A stretch of 64,000 nt of DNA, taken from positions 160,001-224,000 of the forward strand of contig CAWDGJ010000001.1 of NCBI GenBank assembly GCA_963801815.1. The letters are read 5' to 3'. A program made the translations under genes and the position numbers. Shown here in pieces: positions 1 to 10,393 of this stretch (position 1 is the stretch's first letter; every line of letters begins with the position of its first letter). The stretch comes from an uncultured Verrucomicrobiae bacterium (GTDB taxonomy: Bacteria; Verrucomicrobiota; Verrucomicrobiia; Chthoniobacterales; UBA10450). A model generated the notes under the pieces. That model made no database searches. It saw nothing but the letters and a program-made list of their open reading frames with translations, and had not been told where the DNA came from.

Positions 1-146
1 TCGAAGACGAACGCGTCAAGGTCTCTGGCGCAACCCCGAATCCGAGCGCAAATCCGGCACCAACTCCCAAATCCGCATCGTCTACCGCTACTCCGGTGTC
101 GACGTCTGCTCCGACGCCGATGCCTTCAGCGACTGCAAGCCCCTGA
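1..146 (+). CDS. 3' end of a gene entering from the left edge, with a Pro/Ser/Thr/Ala-rich tail
   Basis: Open frame from base 3 (EDERVKVSGATPNPSANPAPTPKS...ATASP) to TGA at 144-146; read manually. Confidence 0.55.
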   Translation, partial: EDERVKVSGATPNPSANPAPTPKSASSTATPVSTSAPTPMPSATASP

Positions 147-236
147 ACATTCAGTTCCACCTTTACAGGATCGACTCGCCTTCACTGAAGCGTGGGTCGC
201 GGAAGTAATGAATCGATTCGAACGCACGCTTTTGGG

Positions 237-1413
237 TTAGTCCTTATACGGATCCACAATTTGGCGGCCGGCCATCGCCACGCCGAGCGGTCGCAAGGTG
301 TGAAGCACGCGAATTGTTCCCGTGTGTGCCTTTAGTACGTCCGGCAAGCGGCGATACGCCTGCGGCGCTTCATCCAGATCTCCGCCGCGCAAAACAATTC
401 CGCGATCGTGCAGCCATTTCATCATCGCGTCGTGCCGAACCAATCCGTTTTGCCGAATTCGCTTGTTGCCGACTTTCACGAATCTTCCCTTCGCCGCCGT
501 CCGCGACATGATTCGCCCCGCGCCGTGAATGGTTGAGAACAGCGCTTCGCGCGAAACGGTCGAGTCGATACCTTCAATGATCACTGCGTCGTCGCCCATG
601 CTGCCACCAACGAATCCTTTCTGACCGGGAAATGCCGGCGTTGCGCCTTTACGTACGACCCAAAACTCTTGGCCGTTGTGTTTCTCGCGCCAGGCGAAGT
701 TATGATGGTTATGCACTTCCTCGAGAATCCGTGCACCCAAAATGTCTTGTACCACGTGACGCGCGACCGCTTCGCGGCCCGCGTAAGCGTAACGCCCAGC
801 CAAGTGCATTCCTGCGAGATAATCGTGACCGATCTCCGACCCTTCGTCGACCACTGTCGGCGGTACATCCATTCCGTCTTTGCCGCCGGCTGCTTTCAAA
901 AAATGCGTCGCCGTTTTGTGCCCGAGCCCGCGCGAACCAAAATGCACGCCGACCCAAATCCGGTCGTCTTCGTCCGCGAAAATGTCGACGTAATGATTTC
1001 CGCCGCCGACTGTGCCGAGCTGGTCCGCCGCGGTCGATTTCAAATCGCCGATCGGTTTTATTTTCCACGCTGGATCGTCGAATAACTCGTGCTCGACGCG
1101 CGCTTTGCTTTTGCGTCCGATCCCAAACGAAATGTCGCGCACGACATCGTCCATGATCTTGTCGATCTTCGGTCCGATCTCTTCGCGCTTTGCGTCGGTC
1201 AGGATGGCGAGATTGCCACACGCGATGTCGAACCCGACGCCGCTCAGCGAAATCTTCTCCTTGTAGGCGACCACTCCGCCGATCGGTTGGGCGTAGCCTT
1301 TGTGGCCATCGGCGCAAAGCACACCGCATCTCGCCGCCGGCAGCCACGCAGGTTTCAATTTGTTTGATCGTTGCCGCGTCGTGCTCGCCGAAGATTTTCG
1401 TCCGGCCGCTCAC
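237..1413 (-). CDS. rtcB: RtcB family RNA ligase (apparent frameshift near 1330)
   Basis: Motifs CADGHKGY, VGFDIACG, QLGTVGGGNHY, HFGSRGLG, HNHHN, RKGATPA, HGAGR and DEAPQAYR. The N-terminus (GTG 1413; SGRTKIFGEHDAATIKQI) lies in another frame. Confidence 0.92.
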
Positions 1414-1475
1414 GTGGCAACGGTACAGGTAGCGGCGATTGACCGCAATCGCCACGGCGGGTCAGTGACCCGCCG

Positions 1476-1994
1476 CTACCTAAGCGATTTCTTTGCAACG
1501 ATTTTCCATGCCTCGACATCCGCGCGCGTGCGCACGGGCAGAGTCAATCGCACAGCGGCGATGGAATCGAAAAGGGCGGTCCGAAACGGCAATCTCATGA
1601 CTCGCGCCAATTCTTTTTGCGCCGCGCGCGACGTTTTCTTGTAAAGCAAACTCACGTGCGGATCGGTTGGACTCTTCGCTCGAGATTTTGCGGCGCGCCC
1701 AAGATCGAGAACTAGTTTTCGCAGCGACGGATTCGGCTTAAAGCGGACATACAGCGTCTTGGTGAATTTCGGCGAAAACGCAACTCCACGCGCACTTAGC
1801 CGGATCGGCCGCGATCGAATTTGGCGCAAAACTTTGGCCGGATGTTGTCGACCCTTCGCTGTGACGAAAAACGTGAGGTGTGGCTCGAAATTAGGTGCCC
1901 CAAATTCCTTGCCAAGGATTCGGACGATCTCGCAAAACAGGTCGCGCTCCGGCTTTGCCGGCAGCAACCAGTAAACAATGGCGGTTTTTTTCAT
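1476..1994 (-). CDS. 2H phosphoesterase / cyclic phosphodiesterase-like protein
   Basis: Two HxT/S motifs (EPHLTFF, DPHVSLLY) in a 172-aa protein. Confidence 0.8.
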   Translation of the reverse strand: MKKTAIVYWLLPAKPERDLFCEIVRILGKEFGAPNFEPHLTFFVTAKGRQHPAKVLRQIRSRPIRLSARGVAFSPKFTKTLYVRFKPNPSLRKLVLDLGRAAKSRAKSPTDPHVSLLYKKTSRAAQKELARVMRLPFRTALFDSIAAVRLTLPVRTRADVEAWKIVAKKSLR

Positions 1995-2119
1995 GGGGTG
2001 AGGCGCGAACCAGCGACCTTTTGGAGCACCAATCGTAAAACATTGCCCGCGTGGATGTCGATCTTCGCGTGATTTGATGAATCAATTGCCGCGAAGCGGC
2101 GCTTAGCGCACATTATCTC

Positions 2120-3359
2120 ATGCACAGAGCCGCCAGGAGTAACGTGGATTGGGTCGCGCTGCGCGAGGATTTCCCGATTTTGCGCGAGCGCGTGAATGGT
2201 CATCCGCTGATTTACTTCGACAGCGCGGCCAGTTCGCAGAAGCCGCGGGCCGTGCTCGACTCGGTCCGCAGTTATTATGAGCACGAAAACGCGAATGTGC
2301 ACCGTGGTCTGCACACGTTGAGCGCGCGAGCGACCGAACATTACGAAAGATCGCGACAACGCGTGGCCGATTTTATTGGCGCAAGCAGCGCGGACGAAAT
2401 CGTGTTCACTCGCGGCACGACTGAGAGCATCAATTTGGTCGCGCAAGCCTGGGGCGGAAAATTTCTGCGCGCGGGCGACGTGATTCTGCTCACGGAAATG
2501 GAGCACCATAGCAATCTCGTGCCGTGGCAATTGCTGGCGGAACGAATCGGCGCCCAATTGCGTTTCGTGCCGGTGAATGACGACGGTACGCTCGCACTGG
2601 AGAATCTTTCGTCGTTGCTGACTCCGGAAGTGAAACTGTTCGCCTTCACCCATGTTTCGAATTCACTCGGCACAATCAATCCCGTAGCCGACCTTTGCGC
2701 CAAGGCGAGGAATGTGGGCGCCGTAACGTTGATCGACGCGGCGCAAAGCATTGGGCACATGCCGCTTGAATGTTCAGGAGATCGGTTGCGATTTTCTCGC
2801 GTTCTCCGGCCACAAAATGTGCGCGCCGACTGGAATTGGCGTGCTCTACGGGCGCTTCGAAATTCTCGACGCCACGCCGCCTTATCACGGTGGCGGCGAA
2901 ATGATCGTCAGCGTCACGCTCCAAAAGAGCACATTTAAAAAACCGCCACATCGGTTCGAAGCCGGTACGCCGAACATTGCCGGCGCGATCGGGCTCGCTG
3001 CCGCGATTGATTATCTCGAAGGGATTGGGCGAAAGGAAATCTTCGAGCACGATGTGGAACTTGCGCATTACGCGTTGCCGAAGATGAAAGGGCTGCCCGG
3101 TTTACGCGTACTCGGGACCGCCAAGGAACACGCAGGAGTTATCAGTTTCGTGATGGACGCTGCTCATCCGCACGATCTCACGACATTCGCCGACCGATAC
3201 GGTCTCGCCATGCGTGGCGGACATCATTGCAATCAGCCGCTTATGCGCCGCTTTGGCGTGACCGGCTCAACTCGGGCCAGTTTTTACATTTACAGCACAC
3301 GCGAGGAGATCGACCGCATGATCGAAATTCTTCAAAAGGCGATCCAATTTTTCAAATGA
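2120..3359 (+). CDS. sufS: SufS-type cysteine desulfurase (frameshift near 2760)
   Basis: LREDFPIL, YFDSAASSQKP, NVHRG and EHHSN in the first frame; SGHKM (PLP lysine), FEAGTP and RGGHHC in the second frame. Confidence 0.92.
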
Positions 3360-3838
3360 ACACCGAACTTGGCGAGCTCGAAGAACTTTATCAGGAAGTG
3401 ATCCTCGACCATTCACGGCGGCCCCGGAATTTTGGCGAGCTGTCGAACGCGTCGGTCAGGGTGCACGGCGATAATCCGTCCTGTGGCGATGAGATTCATC
3501 TCGCAATGAAGTTCGACGGCAACGGCGGCTTGGAGGAAATCAAATTTACTGGCCACGGCTGCGCCATCAGTCAGGCGTCCGCTTCGTTGATGACGACAAA
3601 ACTGAAAGGCAAAAGTCGCGAGGAAGTCGAAAAGATTCTGCACGCGTTTCATGACCTCGTCACAACCGGCAAAAACGACGCGCCCAAAGGTCTCGGCGAT
3701 CTTCAGGTCATGCGCGGCGTCCGGAAATTCCCGCAGCGCGTGAAATGCGCGATGCTTCCATGGCGCGCGGTTGAACAGGCGCTGCGGCAAAGCGAAGGCG
3801 AATCCACCGTCTCGACTGAAGATCCCGGGTTTGACTAG
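3356..3838 (+). CDS. sufU: SufU / NifU-family Fe-S sulfur transfer protein
   Basis: LYQEVILDH, NPSCGD, GCAISQAS and RVKCA motifs; ATG at 3356 overlaps the sufS stop. Confidence 0.92.
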   Translation: MNTELGELEELYQEVILDHSRRPRNFGELSNASVRVHGDNPSCGDEIHLAMKFDGNGGLEEIKFTGHGCAISQASASLMTTKLKGKSREEVEKILHAFHDLVTTGKNDAPKGLGDLQVMRGVRKFPQRVKCAMLPWRAVEQALRQSEGESTVSTEDPGFD

Positions 3839-3840
3839 TT

Positions 3841-4197
3841 ATGCCGACCAATGTTCTGGGCACGGAACTGAAATGTTGTTGCCGCGACCCGGTGACTGGA
3901 TTTTATCGCGACGGTTTTTGCCGAACGGGTCCGGAAGACGTCGGCCTGCACACGGTTTGCGTCAAAGTGACTCAGGAGTTTCTCGATTTCTCTGTCCTCG
4001 ATGGCAACGACTTGATCACTCCGATCCCGGAATGGGGCTTCCCGGGATTAAAGCCCGGCGATAAGTGGTGCGTTTGCGTTACGCGTTGGAAATCCGCGCT
4101 CGAAGCCAATCGGGCTGCGCCCGTCGACCTCGAAGCAACGCACTCGTCGGCGCTCGAATTCGTCAGTCTGGAACAACTACAGGCCCACGCTTTGTAG
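3841..4197 (+). CDS. DUF2237 family protein
   Basis: NVLG..L..C...P.TGFYRDG.C, H.VC and PGLKPGD.WC.C..RW signature. Confidence 0.85.
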   Translation: MPTNVLGTELKCCCRDPVTGFYRDGFCRTGPEDVGLHTVCVKVTQEFLDFSVLDGNDLITPIPEWGFPGLKPGDKWCVCVTRWKSALEANRAAPVDLEATHSSALEFVSLEQLQAHAL

Positions 4198-4255
4198 CCA
4201 CGGCCCTGTGGGCCGTTTCCCACCCTTGCAGACCGCCCGCAGGGCGGTGGCTACA
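4193..4255. repeat. GTAG-type REP doublet (REPIN-like)
   Basis: TGTAGCCACGGCCCTGTGGGCCGT ... ACCGCCCGCAGGGCGGTGGCTACA: two inverted GTAG-led hairpins. Confidence 0.8.
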
Positions 4256-4285
4256 CTTTGGCCTGAAATCAGCTTCTGGACAGGC

Positions 4286-4999
4286 GTGCTTCGACCCGCC
4301 TCACTCATTTTCGTCGTCGCGATCGCGGCGTTTTTTTTGTTTTTGCAGGAAGCAGGCGCCCAATCGTGGTCGACACGCGAACCAGTTTACCCTTCACGAA
4401 TTGCTGATGGCGGACCACTTCAACCGTTCACGTTTGAGCGACAACCGGTCCAGGCGTCGGCGATGCGCGTTGCCTACTACGTTCCGCACACTCAGCACTC
4501 CCAACCGATCGAGCGCAGCGACGACGATTCGGAAGTCAGAACGCCGGGATTCGATCTCACTGATTCGCATCCAATGGTTCGTGGCAATCGCGCTATGTTA
4601 CGAAACGGAATCGCCTACGCGCCATCGAATGCGCCAGACTCGGTGAAACATGCTATCTGGGCGGTGAACACGATTTGCCGTCGTCCGTATGTGTGGGGCG
4701 GTGGCCACGGATCGTTTCGCGATTACGGCTACGATTGCTCTGGAACGGTTTCGTTCGCGCTTCATTACGCCGGGATGCTGCATGAGCCCTTACCGTCGAG
4801 TGATTTCCTGCGTTACGGCGACCGCGGCCGCGGCCGCTGGTTCACAATCTATTCGCGACACGGTCACGTATTCGCAATGATCGCGGGATTGCGGCTCGAT
4901 ACGACAGATTTGCGTTATGGTGGCGACGTCGGCCCACGCTGGCATCTCGATGGACGTGACACCTGGGGATTTGAGGCCCGTCATCCCGTTGGGTTGTAA
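4286..4999 (+). CDS. Secreted NlpC/P60-like peptidoglycan endopeptidase
   Basis: Hydrophobic N-terminus, PYVWGGGH, YDCSG and GHVF. Start placed at GTG 4286, after the REP. Confidence 0.75.
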   Translation: MLRPASLIFVVAIAAFFLFLQEAGAQSWSTREPVYPSRIADGGPLQPFTFERQPVQASAMRVAYYVPHTQHSQPIERSDDDSEVRTPGFDLTDSHPMVRGNRAMLRNGIAYAPSNAPDSVKHAIWAVNTICRRPYVWGGGHGSFRDYGYDCSGTVSFALHYAGMLHEPLPSSDFLRYGDRGRGRWFTIYSRHGHVFAMIAGLRLDTTDLRYGGDVGPRWHLDGRDTWGFEARHPVGL

Positions 5000-5031
5000 A
5001 GCGGCGCGTTCGCAGCCAACATAACGGCGAT

Positions 5032-6324
5032 TTGAAACTGCCGTTCAGCTTTTTCCTGGCGCTGCGTTATCTCAAACCGAAACGCACGTTCCTGTCCATC
5101 ATCACGCTGATTTCTGTTCTCGGCGTCACGCTCGGTGTCACCGTGCTGATCCTGGTCATTTCGGTAATGACGGGGTTCGATCGCGAACTGCGGCAGAAGG
5201 TCATTGATTTCGACGCGCATATCCTGGTCACCAGCGAAGACGTCTTGTCGGATTGGCGTTCGTTGAAGGCGAAGATCGATAAGGTGCCGGGCGTAGTCGC
5301 GACCGCGCCTTACGTGCAGGGCCCGGTGATCGTCGAATTCGAAAATCGCCGGCTCGCACCAATGATTCGCGGGATCGATCCGAAACAGGAGGAAAACGTT
5401 GTTCCGCTACGGAAGTTTATTAAGTACGGCAAACTTGATCTCGATGGCGAGTCGGTCGTGCTCGGAGTCGACATCGCGCGCAAATTGCAGATCACCGTCG
5501 GCCAGAAGCTAACGGTCTATTCGCCCGGAAATCTCGGCCAGATCCTCGACGGAATTAAGAAGCTTGAGAACGCCAAGGGAAACGAAGAGAAAGCGGCGAT
5601 CGACGACCTCCGTGATGTGATTTTGCCGAAGGAGTTGACCGTGACCGGAATCTTCGAGACCGGTCATTATGTTCACGATTCGGAATTCCTGATCGTGCCG
5701 CTTTACATCGGCCAGGAACTTTACGGCCTCGGCGATTCGCTTCACGGCATCACCGTCAAAACAGATAATCCCTACAACGCCGAGTCGGTGAAGAACGAAA
5801 TCGGAACGTTCCTCGAGCCCCCGGCGTTTGCCGAAACCTGGATCGATATGAATCGTCAATATTTCGAGGCCGTGCGGCTCGAGCGCACAGTCATGTTCTT
5901 CTTGCTCTTTTTCATCGTCGTCGTCGCGGCGTTTGGAATCATGAGCACGCTGATTACGGTAACAGTTCAGAAACGTCGCGAGATCGGCATCGTCAAAGCG
6001 CTCGGCGCGAACATTTCCCAGATCATCTGGGTTTTTCTGGGGCAGGGGACGGTCGTCGGACTCTTTGGAACGCTCACCGGTCTTGGTCTCGGCATGACAT
6101 TGATTCGTTACCGCAACGAATTCAGTCAATGGCTTGCAAATACTTTGCATATCGAGATTTTTCCGCGCGAAGTCTACCAATTCTCCGAAATCCCCGCGCA
6201 GGTTGTTCCCCACGACGTCACGGTGATTTGCATCAGCGCGTTTTTGATTTGCGCGGTCGCGGCGTTGATCCCGGCCTATTTCGCCGCACGGCTCGATCCC
6301 GTGAAAGCGCTGCGTTACGAATAA
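5032..6324 (+). CDS. Lipoprotein-releasing ABC transporter permease, LolC/E family
   Basis: LALRYL...FLSIITLISVLGV..GV, SVMTGF, KRREIGIVKALGA and ARLDPVKALRYE. Confidence 0.9.
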   Translation: MKLPFSFFLALRYLKPKRTFLSIITLISVLGVTLGVTVLILVISVMTGFDRELRQKVIDFDAHILVTSEDVLSDWRSLKAKIDKVPGVVATAPYVQGPVIVEFENRRLAPMIRGIDPKQEENVVPLRKFIKYGKLDLDGESVVLGVDIARKLQITVGQKLTVYSPGNLGQILDGIKKLENAKGNEEKAAIDDLRDVILPKELTVTGIFETGHYVHDSEFLIVPLYIGQELYGLGDSLHGITVKTDNPYNAESVKNEIGTFLEPPAFAETWIDMNRQYFEAVRLERTVMFFLLFFIVVVAAFGIMSTLITVTVQKRREIGIVKALGANISQIIWVFLGQGTVVGLFGTLTGLGLGMTLIRYRNEFSQWLANTLHIEIFPREVYQFSEIPAQVVPHDVTVICISAFLICAVAALIPAYFAARLDPVKALRYE

Positions 6325-6343
6325 GGAGCCGAACTGTCGCGCA

Positions 6344-8608
6344 ATGACATTGCGAAGGTTTTCTCAATGGTGCCAATCTTTCTTACGACGCGATTGGTTT
6401 TTGGCGATTGCCCTCCTCTTCGTAGTCTTGATCGCTTATTCGCCTGCCTGGAACGGAAAGCCTATCTGGGATGATGACGAGCATCTTACCAAGCCGGACC
6501 TCCGCTCGCTGCATGGGTTGGTGCAGATCTGGACGCACTTGGGAAGCACACAGCAGTATTATCCGGTCGTTCACACGGTTTTTTGGGTCGAGCACCGAAT
6601 CTGGGGTGAAAAACCACTTGGTTATCATCTCACCAACATCCTTCTGCACGTTGCTTCGGCCCTTCTGCTGGTCAAGATCCTTGGAGAACTAAAATTACCC
6701 GGAGCGTGGTTTGCGGGTGCGGTCTTCGCTCTTCACCCGGTGCAAGTGGAGTCGGTGGCGTGGATGTCGGAACTGAAGAACACGCTTTCAGGGTTGTTCT
6801 TTCTTTCTTCTGCATTTTTTTATTTACGATTTGATCGAGACAGAAGGCTCGAGCCGTATCTCGCAGCTCTCGCGTTGTTCTGTCTCGGACTCCTGACGAA
6901 GAGCGTTATCGCCATCTTACCCGCGATTATTCTTGTGGTTCTCTGGTGGAAGCGGGGCGAACTCTCCTGGAGACGCGACGTTCTGCTGCTTATCCCGTTT
7001 TTTGCAATTGGAATAGGCACTGGCCTGTTTACCGCGTGGGTAGAGCAAAACTTCGTCGGTGCGCAAGGGCCCGCCTTTCAGTTGTCGAATATCGAGCGAA
7101 TCCTCATCGCAGGACGAGCATTTTGGTTCTACCTATCGAAGCTGCTGTGGCCGGCCAACTTGATTTTCATCTATCCGCGATGGGACGTTAGTGCCGCAGT
7201 TTGGTGGCAGTATCTTTTCCCGAGTGCGGTATTAGTGCTTTTCGTAGCGCTATGGATGTTGCGGCGAAAGAGTCGCGGACCGCTCGCCGCGTTTCTTTTC
7301 TTCGCCGGCATGCTTTTCCCAGTGCTTGGCTTTCTGAATGTGTTCCCTTTCATCTATTCGTTCGTCGCTGATCACTTCCAATATCTCGCCTGCATCGGCA
7401 TCGTTACATTGACGGCAAGTGGTCTTGGGCTGCTTGTCGATGTCGCGCCACCTATGCTCCGTCGAATTGGTATCGCGAGCAGTTTAATACTGATCTCAGT
7501 CTTGGCCGCCTTGACTTGGCGACAAGTACACATGTATCGGGATGAGGAAACACTCTGGCGAGTCACGCTTTCGCAAAATCCGGATTGTTGGATGGCCCAC
7601 AACAATCTTGCCGATCTGCTCCTTAACAATGGACGCCTCGACGAAGCGATCGCCCACTACGAACAAGCGCTCGTAAAGCGGCCTGACCCGGAAAAAGCGC
7701 AGTATAACCTGGCAGTGGCGTTTGTGGCGGAGGGGAAGATTGATAAGGCGATTGAGCATTATCGCACCGCTTTGGAGATAAAACCCGATTACGTCGACGC
7801 ACATTACAATCTCGGCGGCGCTTTTGTGCGCAATGGCCAAGCGGATGAAGCGATTGAAGAGTACGAAAAGACTTTGGAGTTACGGCCAAATAGTCCGGAT
7901 GCGCATAATAATCTCGGTAGTGCCTTGCTGGAAAAGGGTCGCGTGGTCGAAGCGATCGGCCATTACCAAGCGGCCCTCCAGTTGAAAGGCGATGATCCGG
8001 AAGTCGAATACAATCTGGCCCACGCTTTCGCGAAAGAAGGGCAGCTCGACCAAGCTATCGTGCATTATCAAAAAGCGCTCGCGATCCGGCCAGATCATGT
8101 AGATGCACAATATGAACTAGCGGGCGCGTTTCTTGAGAAGGGCCAGGTCGAAGACGCAATCGTCTGTTACCAGAAAGTCCTGGCGATACAACCGGATCAC
8201 ATCCGGGCGCATACCAACCTTGGAAATCTTCTTTTGCAAAAAGGCGAAACCGCAAACGCGATTGCGCAATACGAAAAGAGCCTCGCAATCGCTCCTCAAG
8301 ACGTCGCCGCTCAAACGAACCTGGCCTGGGTGCTCGCCACCTGCCCGGACGGATCGCTGCGCAATGGTACCAGAGCACTGGAGATGGGTCGGTCCGCAAA
8401 TGAACTCTCGAGCGGGAAAGATCCATTCGTGCTTCATTCCCTGGCCGCGGCTTATGCCGAGATCGGCCAATTTTCTAATGCAGTTGAAACTGCTGAGCAA
8501 GCGTTGCGACTCTCCTCCGAAAGCGGCGATAAGGGACTGACGAAAGCGCTCTCGAAAGAAATGGAGTTCTACAAAGCTCGCTTGCCTTACCGAAAGAATG
8601 CTGAGTGA
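6344..8608 (+). CDS. TMTC-like membrane glycosyltransferase with a C-terminal TPR array
   Basis: WDDD motif, HPVQVESVAW and about 10 TM segments, followed by repeated AHNNL/AHYNLG TPR units. Confidence 0.75.
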   Translation: MTLRRFSQWCQSFLRRDWFLAIALLFVVLIAYSPAWNGKPIWDDDEHLTKPDLRSLHGLVQIWTHLGSTQQYYPVVHTVFWVEHRIWGEKPLGYHLTNILLHVASALLLVKILGELKLPGAWFAGAVFALHPVQVESVAWMSELKNTLSGLFFLSSAFFYLRFDRDRRLEPYLAALALFCLGLLTKSVIAILPAIILVVLWWKRGELSWRRDVLLLIPFFAIGIGTGLFTAWVEQNFVGAQGPAFQLSNIERILIAGRAFWFYLSKLLWPANLIFIYPRWDVSAAVWWQYLFPSAVLVLFVALWMLRRKSRGPLAAFLFFAGMLFPVLGFLNVFPFIYSFVADHFQYLACIGIVTLTASGLGLLVDVAPPMLRRIGIASSLILISVLAALTWRQVHMYRDEETLWRVTLSQNPDCWMAHNNLADLLLNNGRLDEAIAHYEQALVKRPDPEKAQYNLAVAFVAEGKIDKAIEHYRTALEIKPDYVDAHYNLGGAFVRNGQADEAIEEYEKTLELRPNSPDAHNNLGSALLEKGRVVEAIGHYQAALQLKGDDPEVEYNLAHAFAKEGQLDQAIVHYQKALAIRPDHVDAQYELAGAFLEKGQVEDAIVCYQKVLAIQPDHIRAHTNLGNLLLQKGETANAIAQYEKSLAIAPQDVAAQTNLAWVLATCPDGSLRNGTRALEMGRSANELSSGKDPFVLHSLAAAYAEIGQFSNAVETAEQALRLSSESGDKGLTKALSKEMEFYKARLPYRKNAE

Positions 8609-8672
8609 AAGCGCTGCGCTACGAGTAATTGAGCTTCTTCCGCTTAATCTGCTCGCCGATTCGGAATTTTCG

Positions 8673-9152
8673 TCATCGCCGGCGGCCGCTGAACTTCATT
8701 CTGGTCAGCAACACATCGATCGCGCGAAACGTGTAGTCGTAACCGCCCGCCCATTCGCTCTGGCGCGGGCCCGCGAAGTTGAGAATCTCAATGTCGTGAT
8801 CGCGCATGAAGGCAGCCATTAATGGCACCGCATCTTCGGGTGAATATTTTGCGGCGTCGATCAATCGGTGCGGCTGTCGCTGCTCGATACAGCAACCTAC
8901 GGTGTAAGCAGTTCCGCCGCTTAACTCATGAAAGTAAATCGCGATTGTTCCATCTGAGTCCTGAACGTTGCGCGACGTGCGTTCATCCGGACCGCCTTTT
9001 TTCAATTCCGTCATCGGATAGCGATCGGGAATTTTCCCGTCCTCGTCGGTGCGCCCTTCAGGGCACCATCCACCGCACGGTATGCGGTGTTTGAGCGCAA
9101 CATCGAGCGCCGCGCGGTCCACTCCAGTCTGGCCTCCAGAAACAATTTTCAT
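8673..9152 (-). CDS. Putative molybdenum carrier family protein (SLOG-like)
   Basis: KIVSGGQTGVDRAALD, GGWCPEGR, RT..NV.DSDGT and LN.AGPR.S. Confidence 0.85.
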   Translation of the reverse strand: MKIVSGGQTGVDRAALDVALKHRIPCGGWCPEGRTDEDGKIPDRYPMTELKKGGPDERTSRNVQDSDGTIAIYFHELSGGTAYTVGCCIEQRQPHRLIDAAKYSPEDAVPLMAAFMRDHDIEILNFAGPRQSEWAGGYDYTFRAIDVLLTRMKFSGRRR

Positions 9153-9157
9153 TTATC

Positions 9158-9258
9158 TGTCATTCCGACTGAAGTGGAGGAATCTCTTACTATTTCTGTT
9201 TTAGCAAGCCCCCTGCAATCAGAAATAGCACGAGATGTCTCGACGTCGCTCTAAATGA
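9158..9258. repeat. Imperfect palindromic intergenic element (TGTCATTCCG...GGAATCT / AGATGTCTCGAC type)
   Basis: Inverted arms include CTATTTCTG/CAGAAATAG; a related element lies at 48511-48619. Confidence 0.55.
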
Positions 9259-9286
9259 AAGCGAGCGCAGTCACTCCGGCTCGACC

Positions 9287-9670
9287 TCAGTCGCCGGTCG
9301 GAATGATATCTGCCCGCTCGATCATCAAAATGACGCAACGCTTCGGCGCGCGCGTCCGGTGTCGAACACTTTTTGGAACGACAAATCCCTGGCGTGGTGC
9401 AAGCTCGATCGTCTTGTCTTCGAGATCGATCAGGAATTTTCCATCGAGCACGAAGAAAAACTCGTCGATGTCGTTGTGCTCGTGCCAGTGATATTCGCCT
9501 TCCAACACGCCGATTCGCACAACTGAATCATTCACTTGGCAAAGCGTTTGGTTGTACCACTTGTCCTTGCAGTCGTCGGCCAGCTTCTGCATGTCGATCA
9601 ACTCCAGTGGCCCGTGCAAAATGTTCAGGTAAGTTTTGTAGGGAAAATCTTGCGAATCCTGCGCAGCCAT
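9287..9670 (-). CDS. Cupin domain protein
   Basis: GEYHWHEH...DEFFFVLDG and VVPK.VRHRT. Confidence 0.85.
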   Translation of the reverse strand: MAAQDSQDFPYKTYLNILHGPLELIDMQKLADDCKDKWYNQTLCQVNDSVVRIGVLEGEYHWHEHNDIDEFFFVLDGKFLIDLEDKTIELAPRQGFVVPKSVRHRTRAPKRCVILMIERADIIPTGD

Positions 9671-9689
9671 GATGTCAATCTTAGCTGAA

Positions 9690-9827
9690 ACTCTGGGGAG
9701 CGCACGCGCCTCGCGTGCTGGCGATTGCGCCCTCGCAATCGCAAACTTTCCTTAAATGATTTTGCTTAATATTCTGTTCGGCGATGGCGCCGAACAGTGC
9801 ACGCGAGGCGCGTGCGCTCCCCAGAGT
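9690..9827. repeat. REPIN/MITE-like element with a 29-bp perfect terminal inverted repeat
   Basis: ACTCTGGGGAGCGCACGCGCCTCGCGTGC (9690-9718) is the reverse complement of 9799-9827; a second copy lies at 46286-46400. Confidence 0.85.
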
Positions 9828-10315
9828 CATTCTTCGCCGTCGAAATAATCAGCCTCGCCGCCTTTGATGACAACGCGATCGGCGGCTGATGTCTTGTTTA
9901 CTTTCCATTTCCCGCTGTCGGGATAGTAACCCGATTCGCCGATCGGGTTATCAGCAATCACATAATAGATAAGATCGACATCCCCCGAGTTGGTGATCTG
10001 GTGCGGTTCGTTAGGACCAAAGATAAACGCATCGCCCGCGACGACATTCGTCGATCCATCTTTATCGCGCACGGTGCCGTTGCCGCTGACGATGAGATAC
10101 ATTTCCCACTGGGCAGAGTGCGCGTGAAACGGGAAATTCGGTTTACCCGGCGGCACGCGGCTCCATTCCAGGTCGAATGGCCAACGTCTTGCCAGATCCA
10201 GCGAGCCCGGGTCGCGCCCGAGTGCTTCCGAAATTCCCTTGAATACGACCGCATACTTCCCCTTCGGCGATTGCCAGGGGTCTTCCTTAATCTCGTTAAT
10301 GTTAATCTTTTTCAT
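9827..10315 (-). CDS. Cupin domain protein (paralogue A)
   Basis: PFHAHSAQWEMYLIVSG, EPHQI and YYPDSGK; ends ADYFDGEE. Confidence 0.85.
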   Translation of the reverse strand: MKKININEIKEDPWQSPKGKYAVVFKGISEALGRDPGSLDLARRWPFDLEWSRVPPGKPNFPFHAHSAQWEMYLIVSGNGTVRDKDGSTNVVAGDAFIFGPNEPHQITNSGDVDLIYYVIADNPIGESGYYPDSGKWKVNKTSAADRVVIKGGEADYFDGEE

Positions 10316-10319
10316 TCGG

Positions 10320-10391
10320 ATCTCTCAGGAACCCAGGAAAGCAGGAAACCGAATACGGTTCAGAGTTCCTGCGTTCTTGCTTTCCTTAGAT
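10320..10391. repeat. Inverted array of short CAGGAA/TTCCTG units
   Basis: caggaacccaggaaagcaggaa ... ttcctgcgttcttgctttcct. Confidence 0.55.
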
Positions 10392-10393
10392 AT

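Noticed and set aside
2740..2780. Programmed ribosomal frameshifting in sufS, murI, der and others
   Set aside because: I saw no consistent slippery motif, these families are not known to use it, and the window-wide indel rate points to sequencing error.
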